NCBI GenBank assembly: GCA_964343995.1
Contig: CAYFLO010000001.1
Coordinates: 4,129 to 28,355, forward strand
DNA length: 24,227 nt
DNA from: an uncultured Bifidobacteriaceae bacterium
Lineage (GTDB): Bacteria > Actinomycetota > Actinomycetes > S36-B12
Reading direction: 5' to 3'
In this document: positions 15,752 through 23,541 of the stretch, in pieces
How positions within the stretch are numbered: position 1 is the stretch's first letter
Layout: every line of letters starts with the position of its first letter
Notes under the pieces: generated by a model
What the model was told of the DNA's origin: nothing
Seen by the model: the letters and a program-made list of their open reading frames with translations, nothing else
Database searches by the model: none
Translations under genes and position numbers: made by a program

Positions 15752-17427
15752 GCGACCACCCGCAGCACCTCGGCCACGGTGGTGACGCCCTGCGCCACCC
15801 GAAGCCAGCCGTTGTCGCGAAGCGATCGCATGCCCTGATCGAGGGCGACGCGACGCAGCTCGTCGGATGTGGCCCGACGGGCGGTGAGATCAGCGAGCTC
15901 CGGTGACATCGGCATGACCTCGTGGAGGGCGAGGCGCCCGCGATACCCGGTGCCGGCACAGCTCACGCACCCGACCGGCTCGAAGATCGTCGGCGTGACG
16001 TCGGCGGGCACGACGAATCCGACCGCGGCGAGATCCGCAGGAGTCACCTGCGACGGGCGCTTGCACGTGGGGCACAGGCGGCGCGCAAGGCGCTGCCCGG
16101 TGGCGCACTGCAGCGCCGAGCCGACGAGGAACGGCTCGATCCCCATCTCGGTGAGGCGGGTGACCACACTCGGAGCGTCGTTGGTGTGCAGCGTGGTGAG
16201 GACGAGGTGGCCGGTGAGGGCGGCCTCGATGGCGATCTGTGCGGTCTCGTGGTCGCGGATCTCGCCGATGAGGATGACGTCGGGATCGGCCCGCAGGATC
16301 GCACGCAGCGACGACGCGAAGGTGAGACCGGCCTTGCCGTTGACCTGCACCTGATTGATGCCCGGGATGCGGTACTCCACCGGGTCCTCGACCGTGACGA
16401 CGTTGATCTGCGGCCGCGCCACCGCGTTGAGCGTTGCGTAGAGCGACGTGGACTTGCCCGACCCCGTCGGTCCGCTCACGATGAGCATGCCGTAGGGGCG
16501 CTGGTAGGCCGAGCGCCAGCGATCGAGGTCCGACGGAGTGAAGCCCAGGTCGGGCAGCCCCAGCTGTGCCGAGGAGTTGTCCAGGATGCGCATGACGATC
16601 TTCTCGCCCCACACGGTGGGCAGGCAGTTCACGCGCAGGTCGACCTTGCGGCCCTGCGACGACACCGACAGGCGACCGTCCTGCGGACGCCGCTTCTCCG
16701 CGATGTCCATGTCGCACATGATCTTCAGCCGGGAGATGATCGCGGTCTGGATCTCCTTGGGAGCCGGGGTCATCTCGGTGAGCACGCCGTCGATCCGGAA
16801 GCGGATGCGGATGCTGCTCTCGGTGGGCTCGACGTGGATGTCGGAGGCCTGGTCGGAGATCGCCTGGTTGAGCAGCAGGTTCACGTAGCGCACCAGCGGC
16901 GCGTCGGTCGTCGAGGCAACCGGTGCGGCCAGGTCGATCGTCGGCTCGTCGTCGAGCATGTCGCGCACGAGTTCGCCCAGCTCGGCCTCGGCCCGGTACA
17001 CCTGGTTGAGGCGGGTCACGAGGTCCTGCTTGAGCGCGCAGGCGAACCGCACCGACCGGCGCGTCACGGCCTGCAGGTCGTCGCGCACCTGCCAGTCCAT
17101 GGCCGTCGTGGTGTCGGAGGCGACGATGAGCACCGAACCCTCCGAGCGGACCGGAACGACGCCGTAGCGACGGGCCTGCTCCGGCGACAGCAGCGCCAGG
17201 CAGGCCGGATCCAGCGAGGCGTTGAGGATGTCGACGTACTCCATGCCCGCCGCGGTGACCGTCGACCGCAGGACGTCATGCGACGAGACCAGGCCGGCAT
17301 CGACGAGCGCCTTCACCGCACCCTGGGCACCACCGGTGGCGTGCGCGGCCTGCACCTGTTCGGGCGTCACGAGCCCGTCGCGCAGGAGCACGTCCAGTGC
17401 GCTGGCGGGTTGGTCCTGAATGGTCAT
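15748..17427 (-). CDS. pilB: Extension ATPase PilB (GspE/PulE family)
   Basis: ASDIHVEP, RRPQDGR, GPTGSGKST, EDPVEY, ALTGHLVLTTLHTN, and Zn tetracysteine CPTC...CVSCAGTGYRGR. ATGA overlaps at both ends. Confidence 0.96.
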   Translation of the reverse strand: MTIQDQPASALDVLLRDGLVTPEQVQAAHATGGAQGAVKALVDAGLVSSHDVLRSTVTAAGMEYVDILNASLDPACLALLSPEQARRYGVVPVRSEGSVLIVASDTTTAMDWQVRDDLQAVTRRSVRFACALKQDLVTRLNQVYRAEAELGELVRDMLDDEPTIDLAAPVASTTDAPLVRYVNLLLNQAISDQASDIHVEPTESSIRIRFRIDGVLTEMTPAPKEIQTAIISRLKIMCDMDIAEKRRPQDGRLSVSSQGRKVDLRVNCLPTVWGEKIVMRILDNSSAQLGLPDLGFTPSDLDRWRSAYQRPYGMLIVSGPTGSGKSTSLYATLNAVARPQINVVTVEDPVEYRIPGINQVQVNGKAGLTFASSLRAILRADPDVILIGEIRDHETAQIAIEAALTGHLVLTTLHTNDAPSVVTRLTEMGIEPFLVGSALQCATGQRLARRLCPTCKRPSQVTPADLAAVGFVVPADVTPTIFEPVGCVSCAGTGYRGRLALHEVMPMSPELADLTARRATSDELRRVALDQGMRSLRDNGWLRVAQGVTTVAEVLRVVA

Positions 17428-18554
17428 GCGACCTCCTTCGATCCGGCGCGCCGCAGCGCGACCCGCAGGTCCGTCGGCCTCGTCGCGACCTTCTCCGCCT
17501 CCGCCAGGGTCACGCGACCGGACATCACCAGGTCGACGAGGTCCTGCTGGAAGGTGCGCATGCCGTAGAAGCCGCTCTCGCTGAGGATCTCCTCCAGGTC
17601 GGCCGTCCGCTCGGCATCGGCGATCGCGTCCTGCACGCGGGTCGTGCCCACGCACAGCTCCAGTGCCAGGGCGCGACGACCACCCGTGGGCAGCAGGCGC
17701 TGGCAGACCAGGGCCCGCAGGGTCTCGGCCATCGACCGGCGCATCTGCTGCTGCTCGTCACGGGGGAAGAGGTCGACCACGCGGTTGACCGCGTCGACGA
17801 CAGTCTTGGCATGCAGGCTGGTGAGCACCAGGTGGCCGGTCTCGGCGGCCTGCAGGGCGGTGCGCATCGTCTCGGCGTCACGGATCTCACCGACGAGGAT
17901 GACGTCGGGGTCCTGGCGCATGCCGGCACGCAGGGCGCTGGCGAAGTCGACGGTGTCGGTGAGCACCTCGCGCTGGCTCACCGAGGCCTGGTCGTCATGA
18001 TGGACGAACTCGATTGGGTCCTCGATCGTGAGGATGTGGCAGCGGCGGGACCGGTTGATGCAGTCGACCATCGACGCCAGCGTCGTGGACTTGCCGGACC
18101 CCGTCGGTCCGCTCACGATGATGAGGCCGCTCTCCAGGAGCGCCAGGCTGCTCATGACCGGCGGGAACCCCAGGTCGCCGAGGGCGGGCACATGGGCGCG
18201 CACGTGACGCAGCACCATCGCGGTCGCCCCTCGCGTGCGGTACGCATTGCCGCGGAACCGCTCCCCGGTGTCGTCGACGTACGCGAAGTCGACCTGCCCG
18301 TCGCGCAGGAGGGTCTCGCGGTCCGCGGCCGCCACGAGCGCCTGCTCGACGAGGAAGGCGGCCTGCCGCTCGGTGAGGACGGGGAATCCGGTGGGACGGA
18401 GGTCGCCGTCCACCCGCACGGCCGGCACCGCCGACGCCTTGATGTGCACGTCCGAGGCACCCATCGCCACGGCCTGGGCCAGCAGGTCGGCCAGCCGCAC
18501 CGGGGCATGGGGCGCCGCGGCGAGGACGAGGTCGGGACCGGTGGGCAGCACCAT
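17424..18554 (-). CDS. Second PilT/PilU-family ATPase
   Basis: ASDVHI, GPTGSGKSTT, TIEDPIE, MRQDPD and AAETGHLVLTSLH. The AIRNLIRE position reads RVQDAIAD. Confidence 0.92.
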   Translation of the reverse strand: MVLPTGPDLVLAAAPHAPVRLADLLAQAVAMGASDVHIKASAVPAVRVDGDLRPTGFPVLTERQAAFLVEQALVAAADRETLLRDGQVDFAYVDDTGERFRGNAYRTRGATAMVLRHVRAHVPALGDLGFPPVMSSLALLESGLIIVSGPTGSGKSTTLASMVDCINRSRRCHILTIEDPIEFVHHDDQASVSQREVLTDTVDFASALRAGMRQDPDVILVGEIRDAETMRTALQAAETGHLVLTSLHAKTVVDAVNRVVDLFPRDEQQQMRRSMAETLRALVCQRLLPTGGRRALALELCVGTTRVQDAIADAERTADLEEILSESGFYGMRTFQQDLVDLVMSGRVTLAEAEKVATRPTDLRVALRRAGSKEVA

Positions 18555-18561
18555 GGATGGT

Positions 18562-18585
18562 GTTTCGGCTCGACCGCGCCGATAC
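18562..18585. promoter_or_regulatory. Back-to-back -10 elements GCCGAAAC (minus, 18562-18569) and GCCGATAC (plus, 18578-18585)
   Basis: Each lies exactly 7 nt before its ATG (18554 for pilT2, 18593 for pilM), and neither start has an SD. Confidence 0.75.
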
Positions 18586-18592
18586 GGACACC

Positions 18593-19780
18593 ATGAAGCT
18601 GCGCAAGCGCTCGACCCAGGCCTGGGAGCCCAGCCGTCGACGCCGGGCCGCCCGACCCGATCACGGGGCGGTCGTGGGTCTGGACATCGGTGCCACCCAG
18701 GTGAGCGCGGTGCGCCTGCGCAAGAAGGGCTCCGGTTACACGATCGCCCACGCAGCGCAGGTGCCGCTGGAGCCCGGTGTCGTGGTCAACGGCCAGGTCA
18801 CCGATCCCCGCGCCCTCGCCCGCGCCCTGCGCACCCTGTGGCGCAAGGGCCGCTTCGGCACCCGTCGGGTGTGCTTCTCCCTGGCCGCCCCCAGCGTCAT
18901 CACCCGTCAGGTCGACCTGCCGTGGATGCCCGAACCGGACTTCAGCCTGGCGCTGCGCTACCAGGTGACCGACGCCCTCCCCGTCGACCTGGCCACTGTC
19001 GAACTCGGTCACCACACCCTGGGTGACTACGTGCGCACCGAAGGGTCCGGCCAGTCGATGGAGATGAGCCGAACCCTCCTGGTGGCCTCCCCCACCGACG
19101 CGATCGTCGACACCGCCGAGTGCCTGCGCCGGGCCAACCTCGTGCCGATCGCCGCCGACTCCCCCGCCTTCGCGCTCATCCGTGCGGCCTGCGGAGGGAC
19201 GGTGTCCCAGACGGGCGCCCTCGCCGCGATCGTCGATGTCGGTCACGACACCGTGACCGTCGTTCTCCATGTCGACGGGCAGCCGCGGTTCCTGCGCAGT
19301 GTGGCGAGCACCGGAGCCGGATCGGCCACCGCGACCATCGCTGAGCGGTTCGGCCTGTCGGCTGCTGACGCCGATGAGCTCAAGGTCCGTATCGGTCTGC
19401 GAGGTCCGGTGCCGGTCATCACTCCGCTGCGAGAGTCGGGCATCTTCGGCGGTCTGCCGCTGGCGCCCGAGGCCGACGCCGATCCGCGCACGCAGGCCGT
19501 CATGACCCTGGCGTCGACGTGGGCCGGGCGCGTCATCGGCGAGGTCCGCAACTCGCTGGACTACTACCTGGCCGGCCACCCCGAGGAGTCCCTCTCCGAG
19601 ATCGTCCTCACCGGGCGCGGTGCCCTCATCGACGGCTTCGACAGCCGTCTGCAGACCGAGCTGCGCACCCCCGTCCGGGTGATCAGCCTGGACGACGTTG
19701 CCCGCGGCCCGCGTCGCGGCGTGCGCGTGGAGCATCCGCACTCGCTGGCGATCGCCGCCGGCCTGGCGATGGCCTCCTGA
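18593..19780 (+). CDS. pilM: Type IV pilus assembly protein PilM (actin/FtsA-like)
   Basis: VGLDIGAT, AAIVDVGH, EVRNSLDYY, IVLTGRGA and AIAAGLA. ATG 18593 is preferred over the track start at 18557. Confidence 0.93.
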   Translation: MKLRKRSTQAWEPSRRRRAARPDHGAVVGLDIGATQVSAVRLRKKGSGYTIAHAAQVPLEPGVVVNGQVTDPRALARALRTLWRKGRFGTRRVCFSLAAPSVITRQVDLPWMPEPDFSLALRYQVTDALPVDLATVELGHHTLGDYVRTEGSGQSMEMSRTLLVASPTDAIVDTAECLRRANLVPIAADSPAFALIRAACGGTVSQTGALAAIVDVGHDTVTVVLHVDGQPRFLRSVASTGAGSATATIAERFGLSAADADELKVRIGLRGPVPVITPLRESGIFGGLPLAPEADADPRTQAVMTLASTWAGRVIGEVRNSLDYYLAGHPEESLSEIVLTGRGALIDGFDSRLQTELRTPVRVISLDDVARGPRRGVRVEHPHSLAIAAGLAMAS

Positions 19781-19781
19781 C

Positions 19782-20672
19782 ATGGCCCTGTCCCTCACCC
19801 TGCGTCGCGGCAGCGCCGAATCCGACACTTCCCAGAGCGACGGCACCGCCCGCACTTCCGGCATGGGGCCGGCCACGGCTCGCGCGCAGCTGCCCGCGGT
19901 CAACCTGCTTCCCGCCAGCGTGAGCGCCGCGGTGCGCGTGCACCGCATCCGCCGATCGCTTGTGGCCGTGGCGATCGGCCTGGTGGTCGTCAGCGGCGTG
20001 GCGTGGTACCTGCAGGGATCGTCCATCGACCAGGCTCAGACCCTCGTCACGTCGGCGGAGGAGCAGAACGCCTCGCTGCGCGCCCAGGTCGACTCCTATG
20101 CGGCCGTGAGCCACCTGCAGGAGGCGATCGTGGCGCAGGAGAAGCTCGTGAGCACCGCGCTCGCCTCCGATCCCGATGCCGCCGGCATCGTCGACCGCGT
20201 GCGCACGGCTGCGGGCCCGGACATCACCCTCACCCAGGTGGCGGCCACGTACTCCGGACTTCCCGACCCCGCAGCCGTCCTCCAGGGCCAGGCCCACCTG
20301 TTCTCCTGCCCGGACCCGTCGCCGTTCACCACCAAGATCTCGGTGGGCTGTGTGAGTCTGTCGGGCAGCGCCACGACACGCGCCGCCATCTCGGAGTTCC
20401 TCGCTCGGGTCGACGCCGATCCGGTGCTGGACGGCCCGTTCCTGGAGTCGTCCGTCTTCGTCGCCGCCTCCACCGAGGCTCCCGCGCACGTGGACTTCAC
20501 CGCATCGTTCGGCATCTCCCCGGCCGGGCTGCGCACTCCGCTGGATCAGAAGGCCATCGACGACCTCATCGAGCGCGCCACGCCGCGCCCCGCCGCCACT
20601 GATCCAGCAGCCACTGCATCGCCCGGTGCACCCGCAGGCCAGGGCACCGTCACCCAGGGAGCCACGCCGTGA
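19782..20672 (+). CDS. pilN: PilN-like alignment-complex protein
   Basis: Conserved VNLLP motif, TM helix, coiled coil, ferredoxin-like C-domain (LSGSATT...FLARV), directly after pilM. Confidence 0.85.
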   Translation: MALSLTLRRGSAESDTSQSDGTARTSGMGPATARAQLPAVNLLPASVSAAVRVHRIRRSLVAVAIGLVVVSGVAWYLQGSSIDQAQTLVTSAEEQNASLRAQVDSYAAVSHLQEAIVAQEKLVSTALASDPDAAGIVDRVRTAAGPDITLTQVAATYSGLPDPAAVLQGQAHLFSCPDPSPFTTKISVGCVSLSGSATTRAAISEFLARVDADPVLDGPFLESSVFVAASTEAPAHVDFTASFGISPAGLRTPLDQKAIDDLIERATPRPAATDPAATASPGAPAGQGTVTQGATP

Positions 20673-21379
20673 GCACCATGACCGCCGCAAGTCCCGCCGG
20701 CCGCCGGCATCGGGCACCGATGTCGCCGCGCACCCAGGGCATCATCGGCGTCGTCCTCGTGCTCATCATGGGCGCGATCCTGTGGTTCGGAATTCTCGGC
20801 CCACGCTTCTCGCAGGCCGCGGACCTGCAGGAGCGTGCCGCGTCGGTCGACGCCAGCAACACCGCTCTGACGGCGCGGGTGGGGCGCCTGCGCACGCTGG
20901 CCGACCAGGCTCCCGCCGTCGCGGCGCGCGCCGAGGCGCTGTTTCGCACGATGCCGCAGCAGGCGGACCTGCCCGTCGTTCTCAATGACATCACCGCGGC
21001 GGCGCGTGACAGCGGCATCTCCCCCGACGGAATCCTGGCGATCAGCCCGGCCGCGCCGGTTCCCTTGACCGCTGCAACACCTGCGGGCGCTAACTCGGTG
21101 ACCGCCACGGCGGCGGAGTCGATCGGAGTGAAGATTGCCACGCTGCCGATGACGATCACCGTCGAAGGCGATCCCGCCGTGCTGGATGCCTTCGTCGGCC
21201 GCCTGCAGAACCTGCAGCGCGCCTTCGTCATCACCGGTACGCAGTACGCCACCGGTCCCACCGTGCCGGGCAAGCCCGCGACCACGTCGCTGACGGTCAC
21301 CGGAACGATGTTCGTTCTCGCCTCGCAGCTTCCCGACCTGGTCGCAGAGGTCACCCGGTCACTGCCCGCCGGACGCTAG
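20669..21379 (+). CDS. pilO: PilO-like alignment-complex protein
   Basis: TM helix, coiled coil, MPQQADLP...AA..SGI and ITVEG...FVGRLQNLQRAFVI patterns. GTGA overlap with pilN. Confidence 0.85.
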   Translation: MSTMTAASPAGRRHRAPMSPRTQGIIGVVLVLIMGAILWFGILGPRFSQAADLQERAASVDASNTALTARVGRLRTLADQAPAVAARAEALFRTMPQQADLPVVLNDITAAARDSGISPDGILAISPAAPVPLTAATPAGANSVTATAAESIGVKIATLPMTITVEGDPAVLDAFVGRLQNLQRAFVITGTQYATGPTVPGKPATTSLTVTGTMFVLASQLPDLVAEVTRSLPAGR

Positions 21380-21400
21380 CCGCGTCATTGCTCCCGAGGG

Positions 21401-21616
21401 TCAGGCGCCCTGGAGGAACGCGACGATGTCGGTGAGACCGTCGCCCTCCAGGAAGGTGCGGGCCCGCTCCACCGTCCACGCCATCGCGATGACGAGCGAC
21501 TGCACGCGTCGGTCGAGCATGGCGGCCAGGGAGTCCATGCTCGCCTCGATGCCCACCTCGCGCAGCCGCTGTGCGAGTGTGCGAGCGGTCACCGTCGACC
21601 AGTCGTCGCGGTCCAT
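21401..21616 (-). CDS. Small hypothetical helical protein (71 aa, MDRDDWSTV...)
   Basis: 3' part of track ORF 21401..22111 with strongly GC3-biased codons. Fills the gap between pilO and the DUF3846-like gene. Confidence 0.55.
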   Translation of the reverse strand: MDRDDWSTVTARTLAQRLREVGIEASMDSLAAMLDRRVQSLVIAMAWTVERARTFLEGDGLTDIVAFLQGA

Positions 21617-21634
21617 GCCGACGGCACCGAACGC

Positions 21635-21642
21635 GCCGATAC
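21635..21642 (+). promoter_or_regulatory. GCCGATAC -10 element, 7 nt before ATG 21650
   Basis: Shares CGCGCCGATACG (12 nt) with the pilM promoter. No SD. Confidence 0.7.
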
Positions 21643-21649
21643 GTCGATC

Positions 21650-22012
21650 ATGGCCGGCCTCCTCATCCCTGCGGACGTCCACGAGGACAGTTCCCTGGTC
21701 ACGCTGAGGGGTGCGTACCTGGATGCGGTCGGGGCCTTCGTCATGGCACCCGTGGACGTCATCGACGTGCTCGATGCCAACGGACATCCCAGCGGCATGT
21801 CGGTCTGGTTCACCGAGGACGGCGAGAGCCGTGCCCTGCCCCTCAATGTCGAGGTCTCGCGCCTCGTGGCGCCGTGGCGTGTTCATGGAGTGGCCCTCAT
21901 CACCCGTGGGGACGTCAATGACCCTGATGCCCTGGACCTGCCGGCATCCGATGTGGAGGTGCTGCGGGAGCTGCTCGCGCTCACCGAGCCATTGACTGCG
22001 CCGGAGGTCTGA
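21650..22012 (+). CDS. DUF3846-like protein (120 aa)
   Basis: Pattern ...MSVWFTEDGESRALPLN...SRL...VHGVALIT recalls the DUF3846 EEG..LP.N...I.G..L signature (recognised from memory). Confidence 0.6.
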   Translation: MAGLLIPADVHEDSSLVTLRGAYLDAVGAFVMAPVDVIDVLDANGHPSGMSVWFTEDGESRALPLNVEVSRLVAPWRVHGVALITRGDVNDPDALDLPASDVEVLRELLALTEPLTAPEV

Positions 22013-22154
22013 CGCCTCATGCCACTCCCTGTCCGCGCGCAAGGTCCCTGCGCACTCGCATTGCGTTGTCCTCGACGGTAGGCGGGGGACGGACAGGCCG
22101 AGCACTGGCACAGGTAAGGCCCGGGTAAGGAGCCGCCCATCCGGGCCCTGTCGA

Positions 22155-22162
22155 GCCGAAAC
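22155..22162 (+). promoter_or_regulatory. GCCGAAAC -10 element of the minor pilin operon
   Basis: 16-nt exact identity GTCGAGCCGAAACACC (22150-22165) with the pilT2 promoter (reverse complement of 18559-18574). Confidence 0.75.
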
Positions 22163-22230
22163 ACCCCGGGGAACCGCAATTCGACCCGGGTCCCCTGACG
22201 GTGTCGGACACGCGAGCGCAGGAGGCCCGG

Positions 22231-23541
22231 ATGCGGTCGGCGATCTCGCGCCCCGCCGGGGACCCCCGCCCCGACGACGAGGGCTTCACCCTCATCGAAG
22301 TGATGGTGGCTCTTCTCATCTTCGTCATCGTGTCGACGGCCACGGTCGGCCTGCTCATCCTCGGACTTCGCCTCGTCCGTGAGAACACCGCGCGGGTGCA
22401 GGCCGCTGGTATCGCGCAGACGCAACTGGACTCGCTGCGCCAGCGGGGCGCCGCGCTCGTCCCCGTCGGCGTCTCGACCACGGCGCCGCAGGGAACGAGC
22501 ACGCGATTCACCGTGCGCACGACGAGTCAGTGGGTGGGTCTGGGGCAGGGCACCGCCAGTGCCTGCCAGGCCGCCACCCCCGGACAGGCCTACCTGCGGG
22601 TGGCCATCGACGTGAGCTCCCCCGATCTGCGCGGTCCGCAGCACGTGGAGTCGGTGATCATCCCCGAGCCCGGGCAGGGTCCCGGTGCGGGCATCACCGG
22701 TCCGACCGGCGCGGTGGCCATCGCCGTCGCCGACCAGAACGGTCAGCCGGTGTCCGACGTCGTCGTCTCGGGCACCGACACCGCCGTCCCGCTCAACGCC
22801 TTCTCGGTGACGACCGGATCGGATGGTTGCGTCTACCTGCCGGCCATGCGGGTCTCCGGCTCGCTGGTCGTCACCGTGGCGAAAGCCGGCTATGTCGCCT
22901 CCACGCCGACGGGACGCACGCAGACGGTGCAGGTCTCCAGTGGCGGGCTGGCGCGCGTGGGATTCAGCTACGCCGCCTCGTCGAATGTGGCGTTCACCTC
23001 CGGTGTTCCCGGCTTCGCACTGCCCGGGGCCGCACCGATCACCTGGCAGCCCAACGCCACCGGGTCGGTCGCCACGGTCGTCACCACGGCCACTCCCCCG
23101 ACCGGCCTGTGGCCGGCGACGTCCGGGTTCTCCGCCTGGATGGGCAAGTGCACCGACAACGCGCCCAGCGCCTACGGCACCAGCGCCCCGTCGTTCGCCT
23201 TCACTGCGGGGGGCACCTCGAACGCCGGCATCGTCGGATCTCCGCTCATCCTCACCGGCATCACCCCAACCCTGCCGGTGCTGGCCCGCTATGCCGGAAA
23301 CGACAGCACCTGCGCCGGCTCGACGATCGACCTGGGCCGCGCCGATGCCCTCGGCACAATCAGCACGCTGGTGCCCTTCGGCACCTGGACGATCGTCGCC
23401 GGCACCCAGTCGCTGAGCACCGGTCGCCTCACACCCACCACCACGGTCACCCCGCTGATCTTCACGCTCTACTCGCCCACCGCCTCGCCGAGCGCCAGCC
23501 CGAGCGGGTCGCCCTCAGCATCACCGACGAGCACGCCATGA
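22231..23541 (+). CDS. PilV-like minor pilin with large extracellular beta-sandwich region
   Basis: DDEG/FTLIEVMVALLIF prepilin site and SD GGAGG. AIAVADQNGQPVSDVVV...TTGSDGCVYL...VTVAKAGY resembles a carboxypeptidase-regulatory-like domain. SPSAS-rich tail. Confidence 0.85.
   Translation: MRSAISRPAGDPRPDDEGFTLIEVMVALLIFVIVSTATVGLLILGLRLVRENTARVQAAGIAQTQLDSLRQRGAALVPVGVSTTAPQGTSTRFTVRTTSQWVGLGQGTASACQAATPGQAYLRVAIDVSSPDLRGPQHVESVIIPEPGQGPGAGITGPTGAVAIAVADQNGQPVSDVVVSGTDTAVPLNAFSVTTGSDGCVYLPAMRVSGSLVVTVAKAGYVASTPTGRTQTVQVSSGGLARVGFSYAASSNVAFTSGVPGFALPGAAPITWQPNATGSVATVVTTATPPTGLWPATSGFSAWMGKCTDNAPSAYGTSAPSFAFTAGGTSNAGIVGSPLILTGITPTLPVLARYAGNDSTCAGSTIDLGRADALGTISTLVPFGTWTIVAGTQSLSTGRLTPTTTVTPLIFTLYSPTASPSASPSGSPSASPTSTP

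Noticed and set aside
18557-18592. Track start of pilM at 18557
   Set aside because: It would leave 2 bp between the divergent genes. ATG 18593 fits the 7-nt promoter spacing seen elsewhere.
18593-19780. Actin-like PilM as a replacement for the missing MreB
   Set aside because: Sequence and pilN/pilO context are those of an ordinary PilM.
22028-22151. Hairpins (CCTGTCCG/CGGACAGG and GGCCCGG/CCGGGCC) with fragments reminiscent of c-di-GMP-I or ydaO riboswitches
   Set aside because: Core signatures (GAAA tetraloop/receptor with GACGCAAA; CCCGTCAGCTAAC) are absent, and the stems lie upstream of the predicted pilV TSS.
13265-22162. A conserved -35 (TAAA or CTCA type) for the GCCGAWAC promoters
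   Set aside because: At 15-17 nt spacing the 4-mers differ between sites; only CCCA at the pilV promoter comes close.
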